NCBI GenBank assembly: GCA_047285805.1
Contig: JBJBCN010000003.1
Location: 911,745-975,744 of the forward strand
From: Synechococcus sp.
GTDB taxonomy: Bacteria; Cyanobacteriota; Cyanobacteriia; PCC-6307; Cyanobiaceae
Length of the DNA: 64,000 nt
Reading direction: 5' to 3'
Shown piece by piece: positions 10,542 to 21,912 of this stretch. Under the pieces are notes generated by a model, which worked only from the letters and a program-made list of their open reading frames with translations, did not search any database and had not been told where the DNA came from. The first letter of the stretch is position 1. The number at the start of each line of letters is the position of its first letter. The translations under genes and the position numbers were made by a program.

Positions 10542-11698
10542 GGTGTCCCCAGGGCCTGGATCAGCCGAGACAAGGTGCCGGCGGGGCAATCGTGGCGAAG
10601 CACGAGCCGCAGCCGTGCCGTCCCATCCGGAACGGTGGGCGGGCGGATGGCCACGCTCAACAGCCCCGCCTGCTCGAGTTGCGATTGGAGGGCCAAGGCG
10701 CGTTGATCGTCACCCACCATCAACGGCAGGATCGGACCGCTTCCCCCCGGCCTCGGCCAGCCGGCGGTCTCGAGGGCGTTGCGCCAGCGCTCCGCCCGCT
10801 CCAGCAGCGCCTGCCGTTCCGGCTCGCGTTCCTGGATGGCCCGTAGGCCTGCAGCGGCGGCCGCCACCAGCGGCGGGGCGAGGGCCGTGCTGTAGCGGAA
10901 GGGGCCGGAATGCTGCAGCAGCCAGTCCCCCACCGTGGCGCTGCCCGCCAGGAAGGCCCCGCCACTGCCGAAGGCTTTGCCGAAGGTTCCGCTGATCAGG
11001 CTGATCTCCGCAATCCCGTAGCCCAGGCCCCGGCCCCCCTCGCCGAGGACCCCGAGGCTGTGGGCTTCATCCAGCAGCAGTGCGGACCCGTGGCTGGCGC
11101 AGAGCTCGGCCATGGCGGCCACATCGGGCGAGCTGCCTTCCATGGAGAACAAGCTTTCGCTGAGCACCAGCAGCCGGCGCTGGGGTGCGTCGCACCTTGC
11201 CCGCACGAGCAGCGCCTCCAGGTCAGCCAGGTTGTTGTGCTGGAAGCGTCGCAGTTTGGCGCCACTGGCCTTGATGCCCACCAGCAGCGAGTGGTGAATC
11301 AGCCGATCGGCGAGCACCCAGGTGTTGCGGTCGGACAGGGCCTGGACGGCGGCGATGTTGGCCTGAAATCCGCTCGGATAGAGCAATACGCGCTTGCGCC
11401 CGAGCCAGTCGCTGAGGGCTTGCTCCAGCTCCTCGTGGATCGGCCGTGTGCCACTGATGAGCCGGGAGGCCCCGGCTCCCACGCCGACCGCTTCAATGGC
11501 GGCGCTGGCGGCCCGTTGTAGGGCTGGATCGCGGCTCAGCCCCAGGTAGTCGTTGCTGGCTAGATCCAGGAGTGGACGCTCCTCGCCAGCGAACGCGGCC
11601 TGCCCCGCTGGCGCAAGGCTGCGGAGGCGCCGCCGCCGGGCTACGGGAAGCGCCTGCAGGTCAGCGGCCAGGGGTGCCAATGGATCGGTTGCGTCCAT
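10538..11698 (-). CDS. bioF: 8-amino-7-oxononanoate synthase
   Basis: ASNDYLGL, DEAHSLG, GTFGKAFG, AIRPPTVP. Confidence 0.96.
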   Translation of the reverse strand: MDATDPLAPLAADLQALPVARRRRLRSLAPAGQAAFAGEERPLLDLASNDYLGLSRDPALQRAASAAIEAVGVGAGASRLISGTRPIHEELEQALSDWLGRKRVLLYPSGFQANIAAVQALSDRNTWVLADRLIHHSLLVGIKASGAKLRRFQHNNLADLEALLVRARCDAPQRRLLVLSESLFSMEGSSPDVAAMAELCASHGSALLLDEAHSLGVLGEGGRGLGYGIAEISLISGTFGKAFGSGGAFLAGSATVGDWLLQHSGPFRYSTALAPPLVAAAAAGLRAIQEREPERQALLERAERWRNALETAGWPRPGGSGPILPLMVGDDQRALALQSQLEQAGLLSVAIRPPTVPDGTARLRLVLRHDCPAGTLSRLIQALGTP

Positions 11699-11767
11699 TG
11701 CCCCAGCTCGGCCCTCGGGTGAATGCCCTCAGTTTGCCCGTTTGGCTGGAGCCCATAGGATCTGCTA

Positions 11768-14563
11768 ATGCCCAGCAGCAGCCCAACGGCCGACTCTTCA
11801 GAGGTGCCGCCCCTCGAGCAGCTGTTTCCCTTCAGCCTCGATGACTTTCAGCTGGAGGCGATTGAGGCCTTGAGCCAGGGCCACTCGGTAGTGGTGAGTG
11901 CCCCCACCGGCTCGGGCAAGACCTTGATTGGCGAGTACGCGATTCACCGCGCCCTGGCTCACGGTCAGAAGGTCTTCTACACAACGCCGCTCAAGGCCCT
12001 CTCGAACCAAAAGCTGCGGGACTTCCGCGAGCAGTTCGGGGCGGAACGCGTCGGTCTGATGACCGGGGACCTCACCGTGAATCGGGAGGCCTCCATCGTC
12101 GTTATGACCACGGAGATCTTCCGGAACATGCTCTACGCGGAAGCCGAGGCGGGCGATGACCCCTTGGCCGACGTGGAGGCCGTGGTGCTTGACGAGTGCC
12201 ACTACATGAACGACTCCCAGCGCGGGACGGTCTGGGAGGAATCGATCATTCATTGCCCGCCGTTGGTGCAGCTGGTGGCCCTCTCGGCGACGGTGGCCAA
12301 TGCCGAGCAGCTGACTGATTGGATCGAGGCGGTCCACGGGCCGACCCGGCTCGTCATGAGTGACTTCCGGCCGGTGCCACTGCAGTTCAGCTTCTGCAGT
12401 GCCAAGGGCCTTCATCCCCTGCTCAACGACGAGGGCACAGGGCTTCACCCGAACTGCAAGGTCTGGCGGGCCCCAAAAGGTCGCAACCGCCGCGGACCGA
12501 AAACCCCCAGGCCTCCGCAACCCGAGGCACCACCGCTGGCCTTCGTGGTGGCGCAGATGGCGGAGCGGGAGATGCTGCCGGCCATCTATTTCATCTTCAG
12601 CCGACGGGGCTGTGACAAGGCCGTGCGCGATTTGGGCAAGGTCTGCCTGGTGACCCCACAGGAGCAGGCCCGCATCCAAGAGCGCCTGGATACCTTTGTA
12701 GCGGCCACCCCGGAGGCGGTGCGGGACGGCGGCCATGACGATGCCCTGTTGCGCGGAATTGCGGCCCACCACGCCGGAGTTTTGCCGGCCTGGAAGGAGT
12801 TGATCGAGGAGCTCTTCCAGCAGGGTTTGGTGAAGGTGGTCTTCGCAACCGAGACCCTGGCGGCCGGCATCAATATGCCCGCCCGCAGCACCGTGATCTC
12901 GGCGCTCTCGAAGCGAACTGAGCGGGGACACCGTCCCTTGATGGGCAGCGAGTTTCTGCAGATGGCCGGCCGAGCGGGTCGCCGCGGTCTCGACTCTCAG
13001 GGCTATGTCGTCACCGTCCAGAGCCGTTTTGAGGGTGTTCGCGAGGCTGGGCAGCTCGCCACGAGCCCTGCGGACCCCCTGGTCAGCCAGTTCACCCCTA
13101 GCTACGGCATGGTGTTAAACCTGCTGCAGCGCTACGAGCTCGCCAAGGCGAAGGAGCTTGTGGAGCGCAGTTTTGGACGTTACTTGGCCACCCTGGATCT
13201 AAGCGAGGACGAGGCCCTCATAAGCGAGCTACGTGCGCAGCTCGGCGACCTTACCGACACCGTCGAGAACGTCGATTGGGAGGACTTCGAGGACTACGAG
13301 AAGCAGCGCGGTCGTCTGCGGGAGGAGCGCCGTCTGCTGCGGATCCTGCAGCAGCAGGCTGAAGAAACCCTGGCCCACGAACTGACCCTGGCCCTCCGCT
13401 TCGCCAGTGAGGGAACCCTGGTGAGCCTCAAGGCCCCGGTGCTGCGTGGCCGGGTCACCCCTGCGGTGATCGTGGAGAAGCAGCAGGGTTCAGGCCAGTT
13501 CCCGCTGCTCTGTTGCCTCACCGACGAGAATGTCTGGGTGCTCGTGCCCTGCAGTGCAGTGGTCAGCCTGCACGCCGATCTCACCTGCCTGCAGGTCAAG
13601 GATGTCGCCTTGCCTGAGCTGCATCGCGCGGGGGAGCTGCGCCACGGCGACCAGGCCAGTGGCGGTTTGGCTCTGGCCGTCGGGCACATGGCCCGGCGCC
13701 ACGACATGGTCACCCCCCAGTACGACTTGGCGGGCGAGGTCCAGGCCCAGGCACATCTGGTGCGGGAGTTGGAGCTGGCTCAGGAGCTGCATCCCGCCCA
13801 TGGCGCCGGCGATCGCAAAAAGCTCCGCAAACAGCGATTCCGTATGGAGGAGTTGGAGGCGGAGATCGCTGAGCGGCAGCGCGTCTTGCATTTCCGCGCC
13901 AATCGCCATTGGGAGACCTTTCTGGTACTGATCGACATCCTGCGCTTCTTCGGTTGTCTGGATGGCGACGAGGGTTTGGATCCAAGCGAGGTGGGCCGGA
14001 CCGTGGCAGCTCTGCGGGGCGACAATGAGCTGTGGTTGGGGTTGGCGCTGATGAGCGGCCACCTCGATGAACTGGAGCCCGCCGACCTGGCCGCCGTGCT
14101 CGAGGCGATTTCCACGGAGGTCAATCGCCCGGATCTGTGGAGTGGCTACCCGCCGCCGCCCGCCGCCGACGAAGCCATGCACGACCTGCGCGGGATTCGC
14201 CGTGAATTGCAGCGGCAACAAGAGGCCGGCAAGGTCGTGATGCCGGTGTGGTTTGAAGGGGAACTGATGGGCCTGGTCCATGCCTGGGCCAAGGGCGTGA
14301 GCTGGAGCGACCTGATCGCCAACACCTCCCTGGATGAGGGTGATGTGGTGCGGATCATGCGCCGCACCGTCGATCTTCTGGCCCAGATTCCCTACTGCGA
14401 GGCCATCAGCGAACAGCTGCGCACCAAGGCTCGGGCCGCCCTCAAGGCCATCAACCGCTTCCCTGTGCGGGAACCGATTGATGGGGGCGTTGCCGATGGC
14501 GACGGGGCGAATCCCGCCACCGCCCGCCAAGGCGAAGCAGCGACGCTTAATTCCGCGGCCTGA
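11768..14563 (+). CDS. Ski2/HelY-type DEAD/DEAH box helicase
   Basis: APTGSGKT, DECHY, SAT, QMAGRAGRRG, C-terminal DEGD (DSHCT-like). Confidence 0.93.
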   Translation: MPSSSPTADSSEVPPLEQLFPFSLDDFQLEAIEALSQGHSVVVSAPTGSGKTLIGEYAIHRALAHGQKVFYTTPLKALSNQKLRDFREQFGAERVGLMTGDLTVNREASIVVMTTEIFRNMLYAEAEAGDDPLADVEAVVLDECHYMNDSQRGTVWEESIIHCPPLVQLVALSATVANAEQLTDWIEAVHGPTRLVMSDFRPVPLQFSFCSAKGLHPLLNDEGTGLHPNCKVWRAPKGRNRRGPKTPRPPQPEAPPLAFVVAQMAEREMLPAIYFIFSRRGCDKAVRDLGKVCLVTPQEQARIQERLDTFVAATPEAVRDGGHDDALLRGIAAHHAGVLPAWKELIEELFQQGLVKVVFATETLAAGINMPARSTVISALSKRTERGHRPLMGSEFLQMAGRAGRRGLDSQGYVVTVQSRFEGVREAGQLATSPADPLVSQFTPSYGMVLNLLQRYELAKAKELVERSFGRYLATLDLSEDEALISELRAQLGDLTDTVENVDWEDFEDYEKQRGRLREERRLLRILQQQAEETLAHELTLALRFASEGTLVSLKAPVLRGRVTPAVIVEKQQGSGQFPLLCCLTDENVWVLVPCSAVVSLHADLTCLQVKDVALPELHRAGELRHGDQASGGLALAVGHMARRHDMVTPQYDLAGEVQAQAHLVRELELAQELHPAHGAGDRKKLRKQRFRMEELEAEIAERQRVLHFRANRHWETFLVLIDILRFFGCLDGDEGLDPSEVGRTVAALRGDNELWLGLALMSGHLDELEPADLAAVLEAISTEVNRPDLWSGYPPPPAADEAMHDLRGIRRELQRQQEAGKVVMPVWFEGELMGLVHAWAKGVSWSDLIANTSLDEGDVVRIMRRTVDLLAQIPYCEAISEQLRTKARAALKAINRFPVREPIDGGVADGDGANPATARQGEAATLNSAA

Positions 14564-14660
14564 GAACCAGCCAGACGATTAGGAGAAGCCCGGCGGTGCT
14601 GCCCAGCGTGTAAAGCCAGTCGGCATAGGGCGTCCAGAACAGGGCGAAAGCTGCAGTCAT
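14547..14660 (-). CDS. Putative small membrane protein, 37 aa
   Basis: MTAAFALFWTPYADWLYTLGSTAGLLLIVWLVLRPRN; one TM with a basic C-terminus. Confidence 0.55.
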   Translation of the reverse strand: MTAAFALFWTPYADWLYTLGSTAGLLLIVWLVLRPRN

Positions 14661-14684
14661 CGGCGTGGGTAGCGTGGCCGCGTG

Positions 14685-15119
14685 ATGAATCCGTCCCGCA
14701 TCCGCATCCTTGCAGTGGGCAAGTTGCGCAAGAGCTGGGTGCTCGAGGGGGCGTCCACCTTCCTCAAACGCATGCCGGGATTGCAGGTCCTGGAGCTCCG
14801 TGATGCTGGGATGGCCAAGGAGGCTGAGGCCATCCTGGCGACCCTGAAGCCCGACGAGCGCTTGGTGATCCTCACCCAAGAGGGACAAACGCTGGATTCG
14901 GTGGCGTTGGCCCAGCGCTTAGAGGGGTCCGGGTCGGAGCGCCTGGCCTTTGTGATCGGCGGCGCCGAAGGGATTGACCAGGCCTTGAAGGCCCGCGCCA
15001 GTTGGCGCCTGAGCCTCTCGCCCATGACCTTTCCGCATGAACTCGCTCGGTTGCTGCTCCTGGAGCAGCTCTACCGGGCGATGACGATTCAGCAGGGCGG
15101 GCCTTATCACAAGCCCTAG
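14685..15119 (+). CDS. rlmH: 23S rRNA (pseudouridine1915-N3)-methyltransferase
   Basis: [32 protein letters not shown]. Confidence 0.95.
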   Translation: MNPSRIRILAVGKLRKSWVLEGASTFLKRMPGLQVLELRDAGMAKEAEAILATLKPDERLVILTQEGQTLDSVALAQRLEGSGSERLAFVIGGAEGIDQALKARASWRLSLSPMTFPHELARLLLLEQLYRAMTIQQGGPYHKP

Positions 15120-15129
15120 AGGAAACCGA

Positions 15130-16425
15130 TCAAATTCCGAGGCGCTTCCAGATCACATCCAGGTTGGCCTGGTGCAGATCGGTGGAGAAGCAGTCCGCCA
15201 GTTGCTCGGTGTTAAGGCGTGAGGTCACTACGGCGTCCGCCTCCAGGTTGGCCCGGAAGTTGCCGCCCTCGGTGTTCCAGGCGGTGTGGGCGTTGCGCTG
15301 CACGATCCGGTAAGCGTCTTCGCGGCTGATGCCGGCTTCCACCAGGGCCAGCAGCACGCGCTGGCTGAACACCACGCCGCCGTAGACATTCATGTTGCGG
15401 GCCATGTTGCCGGGGTAGACCCCGAGGCTCTTCACGACTGAGGTCATCTCCCGCAGCATGAAGTGCAGGGTTACCGAGCAATCCGGCAGCATCATCCGCT
15501 CGACTGAGCTGTGGCTGATGTCCCGCTCGTGCCAGAGGGCGCAGTTTTCGAGGGCCGCCACGACATAGCTGCGCAGCACCCGAGCGAGACCGCTGATCCG
15601 CTCGCTGCGAATTGGGTTGCGCTTATGTGGCATGGCGGAGCTGCCCTTCTGCCCCTTGGCGAAGTTCTCCTCGACCTCTAGGACGTCCGTGCGCTGGAGG
15701 TTGCGGATCTCCGTGGAGAAGCGCTCGAGGGCGGCGCCCACGAGGGCCAGGGTTTGTATGTATTCCGCGTGGCGATCGCGGGAGATCACCTGGGTGCTGG
15801 CGGTGTCGGGCACTAGGCCAAGCTTGGCGCAGGCGATCTCCTCCACGCGGGGGTCGGTGTTGGCGTAGGTGCCCATGGCACCGGAGATTTGACCGACGCT
15901 GACCGCGGTTTCCAGGCGCTCCAGGCGCTCCTGGTTGCGCACTACTTCGGCCAACCAGCCCGCGACCTTGAATCCGAATGTGATTGGTTCACCGTGGATG
16001 GCGTGAGAGCGGCCGATCATCACCGTGGCCTTGTGCTCCCGAGCAAGCACCCGCAGGGCGTCGGCCAGCAGATCGAGTTCCTGGCGCAGCAGCTTGACGG
16101 AGGCCTTCATCTGAAGGGCTACACCGGTGTCGAGGACATCGGAGCTGGTCATTCCCACGTGGATGTGGCGACCGGCGTCACCCACGTGCTCGTTGACGTT
16201 GGTCAGGAAGGCGATCACGTCATGGCGAACCTCGGCCTCGATCTCGAGGATCCGCTCGACGCTGAAGCTGGCTTTTTCTTTGATCGTGGCTACTGCTTTT
16301 GCTGGGACACGGCCCAGTTCGCAGTTGGCTTCGGTGGCGGCAATCTCCACGTCCAGCCAGCTTTGGAATTTTGCCTGCTCGCTCCATATGGCGCCCATCT
16401 CGGGCAGGGTGTAACGCTCGATCAA
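15130..16425 (-). CDS. purB: Adenylosuccinate lyase
   Basis: MIERY start, GSSAMPHKRNP signature. Confidence 0.98.
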   Translation of the reverse strand: MIERYTLPEMGAIWSEQAKFQSWLDVEIAATEANCELGRVPAKAVATIKEKASFSVERILEIEAEVRHDVIAFLTNVNEHVGDAGRHIHVGMTSSDVLDTGVALQMKASVKLLRQELDLLADALRVLAREHKATVMIGRSHAIHGEPITFGFKVAGWLAEVVRNQERLERLETAVSVGQISGAMGTYANTDPRVEEIACAKLGLVPDTASTQVISRDRHAEYIQTLALVGAALERFSTEIRNLQRTDVLEVEENFAKGQKGSSAMPHKRNPIRSERISGLARVLRSYVVAALENCALWHERDISHSSVERMMLPDCSVTLHFMLREMTSVVKSLGVYPGNMARNMNVYGGVVFSQRVLLALVEAGISREDAYRIVQRNAHTAWNTEGGNFRANLEADAVVTSRLNTEQLADCFSTDLHQANLDVIWKRLGI

Positions 16426-16477
16426 GGCCGCGCCTGGCTCACATCAAGACCAATGTATGGAATGGCCTTTCGGGGCC

Positions 16478-16708
16478 CTAGGCGACGCTGGTGAGCTTGT
16501 GGTGCTCGACCTCCCACTGCACAAGGGGCCCCCAGGCCTGCTGTTGGACCCAGCAACGCCCTCCGCTGCAGCGCAACAGCTGGAACGGAGGCAGATCCGA
16601 GGGCTGATTGCGCAGTTTCACGAAGCTGCCCGGTTGAAGCAGCTCGACCACCTTCGGGTTATGGGAGTTGGGAGTACGGGCCACGGCGGTCCCCCGCGTT
16701 TGAGACAT
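16478..16708 (-). CDS. Hypothetical protein, 76 aa
   Basis: Fills the gap; FVKL.NQPSDLPPFQL..C.GGRCWV.QQAWG looks like a picocyanobacterial conserved hypothetical. Confidence 0.7.
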   Translation of the reverse strand: MSQTRGTAVARTPNSHNPKVVELLQPGSFVKLRNQPSDLPPFQLLRCSGGRCWVQQQAWGPLVQWEVEHHKLTSVA

Positions 16709-16823
16709 CCTCAGGAGTGTTCCCAGGGAAAGCCTTTCAGCACCGGTTTTTATTCCGTTTCGCTTCGAGCTTTGTGATTAAACGGGCTTGCGGCACGATG
16801 CGGAGGTGCTGGGCCGCTGCCCG

Positions 16824-17657
16824 ATGGGTCGAAAGCGACGCTTGGATTTGCAGTTGGTGGAGCTGGGGCTCGTGGCCTCCCGCCAGCAGGCGCAGCAGCT
16901 GATCCGCGCCGGCAAGGTTCGCAGTGGTGATCGCATCCTCGATAAGCCCGGATTGGAGGTTCTGCCGGAGTTAGAGCTCCAGGTGGAGCAGCCCCAGCGC
17001 TTTGTCTCCCGGGGTGGTGAAAAGCTGTTGGCGGCGGTCGAGGCCTTCCCGTTGGCCCTCGATCAGCGGGTCTGCCTCGACGGCGGGATCTCCACGGGCG
17101 GATTCACGGATTGCTTGCTGCAGCACGGGGCGGCCCGTGTCTATGGAGTGGATGTGGGCTACGGCCAAACCGCCTGGAGTCTGCGCACCGATGAGCGCTT
17201 GGTGCTCAAGGAACGCACCAACCTGCGACACCTCCAACCGGAGGAGCTCTATGGGGAGGGGGACGTCTGGCCTGACTTCGCCGTGGCCGATGTCTCCTTC
17301 ATCCGCTTGGCCTTGGTGCTTCCGGCCTTGGGTCGCCTGCTGCAGAGCGAGCGTCGCGAAGCGGTCTTCTTGGTGAAGCCCCAATTTGAGGTAGGGAAAG
17401 AGCGTGTCGGCAAAGGCGGTGTGGTTCGAGATCCCCTGGCCCATGCCGATGCCATTGCTGGGGTGATCGCAGCCGCCGAAGCCGAGGGTTGGCGTGGTTG
17501 TGGGGTGGTGGCCTCACCCATCACCGGACCCGCGGGGAATCACGAATACCTGCTGTGGCTGCGCGCTGGAGCCTGGGATGCACAAGAGCAAACCTCCGAA
17601 GCCCCGCCCGATGGGGAGGATATTCGGAGGTTGGTCGAGCTGACCATGAAGAGCTAG
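16824..17657 (+). CDS. tlyA: TlyA family rRNA 2'-O-methyltransferase
   Basis: S4 domain, FVSRGGEKL, STGGFTDCLLQ, VKPQFE, GNHEYL. Confidence 0.93.
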   Translation: MGRKRRLDLQLVELGLVASRQQAQQLIRAGKVRSGDRILDKPGLEVLPELELQVEQPQRFVSRGGEKLLAAVEAFPLALDQRVCLDGGISTGGFTDCLLQHGAARVYGVDVGYGQTAWSLRTDERLVLKERTNLRHLQPEELYGEGDVWPDFAVADVSFIRLALVLPALGRLLQSERREAVFLVKPQFEVGKERVGKGGVVRDPLAHADAIAGVIAAAEAEGWRGCGVVASPITGPAGNHEYLLWLRAGAWDAQEQTSEAPPDGEDIRRLVELTMKS

Positions 17658-17658
17658 C

Positions 17659-18072
<414 letters not shown>

Positions 18073-18099
18073 CTACGGCGCAGTCCCAAGGCGGCTGGC

Positions 18100-18113
18100 G
18101 TGACCGTTGCTAC
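18100..18113 (-). promoter_or_regulatory. Possible NtcA box upstream of glnB
   Basis: Minus strand GTA-GCAACGGT-CAC, one mismatch to GTA-N8-TAC; downstream -10 is weak. Confidence 0.35.
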
Positions 18114-18168
18114 AGCCGTGTGCGATGGGCTGCGATGCGTAGCATCCAACCTCAGGACGAGCGCTTGG

Positions 18169-18573
18169 ATGACTGCGACCGCAACAACCCGTACTCCCCT
18201 CTACGGAGACCGCGCCATTGCTGAGGCGGAGCTGATCTGTTTCGACAATCCCCGGCCTGAGCGCCCATACGAAGTCTCGATCACCCTGCCGGAATTCACC
18301 TGCAAGTGCCCGTTCTCGGGTTACCCCGATTTCGCGACCCTCCGCTTGATGTATCAACCCGGTCTTCGGGTGATGGAGCTCAAGGCGATCAAGCTGTACG
18401 TGAACAGCTACCGCGATCAGTCGATCTCCCACGAGGAGGTCACCAACCGGATCTTGGATGACTTCGTGGCGGCCTGCGCTCCGGTCTGGATGCAGTTGGA
18501 GGCTGATTTCAATCCCCGCGGCAACGTTCACACCGTGATCCGGGCCAGCCACGGCATGCGTCAGCCCTGCTGA
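18169..18573 (+). CDS. queF: preQ0 reductase
   Basis: [30 protein letters not shown]. Confidence 0.95.
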   Translation: MTATATTRTPLYGDRAIAEAELICFDNPRPERPYEVSITLPEFTCKCPFSGYPDFATLRLMYQPGLRVMELKAIKLYVNSYRDQSISHEEVTNRILDDFVAACAPVWMQLEADFNPRGNVHTVIRASHGMRQPC

Positions 18574-19841
18574 ACCTCGGCAATCAGCAGCGGGAGTTCA
18601 TTGGCCAGGGCGGTCAGGTTGCGGTTGCAGAGACCGGCCACATGCAGTTTCTCGTTGCCGGCTTCGGCGATCGCCCAGATCTGACGCGTTGCGATCAGGC
18701 TCAGGGCGCCGCCGGCCAGGGCGATGGCAAAACCGCCGTAGACCAGGGGAACCCCGGGGTCCCGTTTGAGCAGGATGCCGCTCGCCGGGATGACCCTCGC
18801 GATCCTTAGCGGGATCCCTTCCACCTCAACGGCTTCCCCGCCGGGGATGAGGTTGGCCAGGATTTCTGCCTCGGCCGAATAGGCCGTCACTGGACCCTGC
18901 TCACTGGAGAGGGCTAGGAGCACCGGGTTGCTGCCATCGGGCCGGGTCGGCAAGACGATTCCCCAGACTTGTTCCCCGAGTTGGGGGAAGCTCTGGAGCG
19001 GCAGCTCCAGGATCGGGCTTTTGCCGAGCTGCACCTCCAGGGCGGACAGGGCCCAATCCGCCTGGTAAAGGGTCATGCCGCGGTAACGCAGCGGATGGTT
19101 GACGCTGATTTCGGCGTTGGAGGCCGCCTGGCCCGGGCCGTGGGTCAATTTGAGGAGGGAGCTGAATTGCTCGGGCCGTCCCGCCGGGTCACGCTCCACG
19201 CCAAAGCGCTCGAGGCTGATGCTGACCTGGGTTTCACCTCGGCTGTTCATCAGCTCTAGTTCATTCCCGGGGGCGAGAAAGCGTTCCATCCGCTGGCCGC
19301 CGAGTGAGCCCCAGGCGGCGCCCACCATCAGCACGACCAGGCCGGCGTGGACCAGTAGGGGGCCAACCCGTCCGAGAACGCCCTTGCGGGCGGCCAGGCG
19401 GTCCCCGTGCGGTTGCAGTTCCCAGCCCCGGGCTTGGAGCAGGCCCTTTAGTCGCGAAAGGCTGGCCTTGGGGTCACTGACGTTGATGGTCTCAGCCAGG
19501 GTCAGCTTGCTCAGCTGTCTTGGGGTTTTGTAATCGATCCAGCGCAGGGCGGCCTGCAGCGCCGGCCACTGGCGGCGCCAGCTGCACAGGATCAGGGCGA
19601 GGCCCAGCCAGGCCAGCAGTACCAGGAACCAGCTGCTCGAATAAACGTGATCGAGCTGGAGCGACAGGATCGCGTCGCCATCGAACAGGCCCAGCCAGGG
19701 CTCCGCGTCGTAGATTTTGTGATAAAGCTCGGCTGCTTCCTTCTGGGGCACGAAGGTGCCCAGTCCGCTGGCCGCGGCGATCAGGATCAAGAGGCCAATG
19801 GCCACCCGCAGGTCGGAGATCCAGGCGATCAGTCGCTTCAT
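18561..19841 (-). CDS. ccsB: Cytochrome c biogenesis protein CcsB/Ccs1 (ResB)
   Basis: [27 protein letters not shown]. Confidence 0.93.
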   Translation of the reverse strand: MKRLIAWISDLRVAIGLLILIAAASGLGTFVPQKEAAELYHKIYDAEPWLGLFDGDAILSLQLDHVYSSSWFLVLLAWLGLALILCSWRRQWPALQAALRWIDYKTPRQLSKLTLAETINVSDPKASLSRLKGLLQARGWELQPHGDRLAARKGVLGRVGPLLVHAGLVVLMVGAAWGSLGGQRMERFLAPGNELELMNSRGETQVSISLERFGVERDPAGRPEQFSSLLKLTHGPGQAASNAEISVNHPLRYRGMTLYQADWALSALEVQLGKSPILELPLQSFPQLGEQVWGIVLPTRPDGSNPVLLALSSEQGPVTAYSAEAEILANLIPGGEAVEVEGIPLRIARVIPASGILLKRDPGVPLVYGGFAIALAGGALSLIATRQIWAIAEAGNEKLHVAGLCNRNLTALANELPLLIAEVQQG

Positions 19842-19887
19842 CTGGGGGTGGAAGGGCCGGAGTAGAGGTTTTGGCTGAACAGGAGGC

Positions 19888-20607
19888 TTAGGTCCAGCGG
19901 GCCAGGAGGGTCAGGCAGCCGGTCACGAGAAGAACGACACCGCTGATGGGCGGTACCCATTGGCCTACGGAGCGCAGAGCGAGCAGCCGGGGTGCCCAGG
20001 CTGCGGCGGTGCCGGCCAGCAACAGCGGCATGACCTGGCCCGCTGCGAAGGCCGTGAGCAACGCGGCTCCGGTCAGGGGTGTGCCCGATTGAGCGACCCA
20101 GGCCAGCAGGACTGCTAGGACAGGGGTGGTGCAGGGGGACGCGGCCAGGCCGAAGGCCAGGCCCGCGGCGATCGGGGCGAGGGCCGGCGGGACCCGCTGA
20201 CGCCATTGCTCTGGATCGGGGCCCGACGGAAGCTGCAGCGGCACGAGGCCGAGCAGATTCAGGCCCATCAGGACCGCTAAGAGGGCCACCAGGGTCGGCA
20301 CAACGCCTGGGACCTGGCCGTAGATCCGTCCCAAGGCACCACTGCCGAGGCCGAGAAGAACCAGAGATCCGATGATACCGCTGCAGAAGCTCAGGCTGCG
20401 GGCCCAGGGGCGCTGGGCTCCGCCATCAAAGCCAGCCAGGTAAGCCAGCGTCACTGGCAGCAGGGAGAGCGAGCAGGGGCCCAGGCTCGTGAGCAGGCCG
20501 CCAGCAAAGACCAATCCGATGGTGAGCGGTCCCGGATGAGCAAGTGAACTGCTCAGCAGCTGCTCACCACTGCGGGCCCAATCCGCTAGGGCCTGAGCCA
20601 GCATCAA
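19888..20607 (-). CDS. ccdA: Cytochrome c biogenesis protein CcdA
   Basis: SLGPCSLS and ASPCTTP cysteine motifs in a multi-TM protein. Confidence 0.93.
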   Translation of the reverse strand: MMLAQALADWARSGEQLLSSSLAHPGPLTIGLVFAGGLLTSLGPCSLSLLPVTLAYLAGFDGGAQRPWARSLSFCSGIIGSLVLLGLGSGALGRIYGQVPGVVPTLVALLAVLMGLNLLGLVPLQLPSGPDPEQWRQRVPPALAPIAAGLAFGLAASPCTTPVLAVLLAWVAQSGTPLTGAALLTAFAAGQVMPLLLAGTAAAWAPRLLALRSVGQWVPPISGVVLLVTGCLTLLARWT

Positions 20608-20632
20608 AAGGTCCGCCGCGCGAGTGGTCAGC

Positions 20633-21829
20633 CTATCGGCTGTACTGCCGCTTGGCTTGCAGGCGGCGGTTGCGGTGGGGCATACCTGGTTCCAGTCCCG
20701 CGCCCTCGAGGGAGCAGCGCAGCAGCAGCCCGGCAGTGAGAAGGCTGGAGAGCAGGGAGTTGCCGCCGTAGCTGATCATCGGGAGCGGTAGGCCGGTGGT
20801 TGGCATGGCACCACTGGCCACGGCGATGTTCAGGATCGATTGCCCCACGAGCAAGGTGGTGCAACCGATCGCCACCAGGCGCTGTTGGTTGCTTCTGCAG
20901 CTGAGGGCGATGCGCAGGCCAACGAAGCCAAACAGCAGCAGGAAGACCAGCAGCAGCAGGGAGCCGACGTATCCAAACTCCTCGGCAAAGACCGCGAAGA
21001 TGAAGTCCGTGGTCTGGATAGGCAGGTACTGGAGCTTCTGGGTAGAGAGGCCATAGCCCTCGCCCCAGAGCCCTCCGGAGCCGATCGCGAGCAGGCTTTG
21101 CACGAGCTGATAGCCATCCCCCTGGGCGTCCTTCCAAGGGTTCAGAAAGGACGTGACGCGGATGCGCTGGTATTCGTTTATCGAGATACTCCCGATGGCT
21201 ACGGCCAGACCCGCGCCGGCGGTGCCGAACATCGCCCAGAGCGGGAGGCCTGAGCCCAGGGCCATCAGCCAGAGCAAAATCCCGCAGAGGGAGGCCGTGC
21301 TCAGGTTGGGCTGCTTCAGGATTAAGGCCAGGGTGACGGCAAAGACCCCTAGCCAGAGCACCTTTTGATCATTGGAGATGCGTCTCCAATGGGAGAAGAG
21401 GGCTGCCCCCTGGAGGACGAGAAAGGGTTTGATCAGCTCGGTTGGCTGGATCTGGATGGGACCGATCACCAACCAGCGGCTGGCGCCATTCACGGTGCTG
21501 CCGATCAGTAGGGTGAGGGCCACCAGCACGGTCCCCACCAGCAGGACTGGCCCAGCCATCCGGAGCCAGCGCCTCAGGTTGATGCTGATGCCGGCATAGA
21601 GCAGGCCCGAACTCGCCACCATCCAGATGGCCTGGCGCTTTATGTAATAGCTGGCGTCTCCCATCTCCCGGGCGGCCACCCACCAACTGGCCGAGCCCAG
21701 GACCGCAAGGCCTAGGAGGCACCAGATCGCGATCATTCCCAGCAGCAACCGTGCTTCTGCTGGCCAGTGCTCAAACGGCACGGGGAGCAACGGTCTTTTC
21801 GCGGGCAAGGAGGTGCGGAAATTAGACAC
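20633..21829 (-). CDS. ftsW: SEDS family cell division protein
   Basis: NGASRW, QPTELIK, GYQLVQS, TDFIFAVFAEEFG, SYGGNS. Confidence 0.9.
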   Translation of the reverse strand: MSNFRTSLPAKRPLLPVPFEHWPAEARLLLGMIAIWCLLGLAVLGSASWWVAAREMGDASYYIKRQAIWMVASSGLLYAGISINLRRWLRMAGPVLLVGTVLVALTLLIGSTVNGASRWLVIGPIQIQPTELIKPFLVLQGAALFSHWRRISNDQKVLWLGVFAVTLALILKQPNLSTASLCGILLWLMALGSGLPLWAMFGTAGAGLAVAIGSISINEYQRIRVTSFLNPWKDAQGDGYQLVQSLLAIGSGGLWGEGYGLSTQKLQYLPIQTTDFIFAVFAEEFGYVGSLLLLVFLLLFGFVGLRIALSCRSNQQRLVAIGCTTLLVGQSILNIAVASGAMPTTGLPLPMISYGGNSLLSSLLTAGLLLRCSLEGAGLEPGMPHRNRRLQAKRQYSR

Positions 21830-21862
21830 CGACTATCCCGTATTTCCAGTTCGCTTGCCAAC

Positions 21863-21890
21863 AAAAAAGCCCGGCATGGCCGGGCTTTTT
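21863..21890. terminator. Intrinsic terminator after apcC (bidirectional-looking)
   Basis: aaaaaagcccggc-atg-gccgggcttttt. Confidence 0.85.
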
Positions 21891-21912
21891 ATGGGGGATT
21901 CAAGTGAAGGAA

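Noticed and set aside
18114..18168. preQ1 riboswitch upstream of queF
   Set aside because: No recognisable preQ1 stem-loop with A-rich tail
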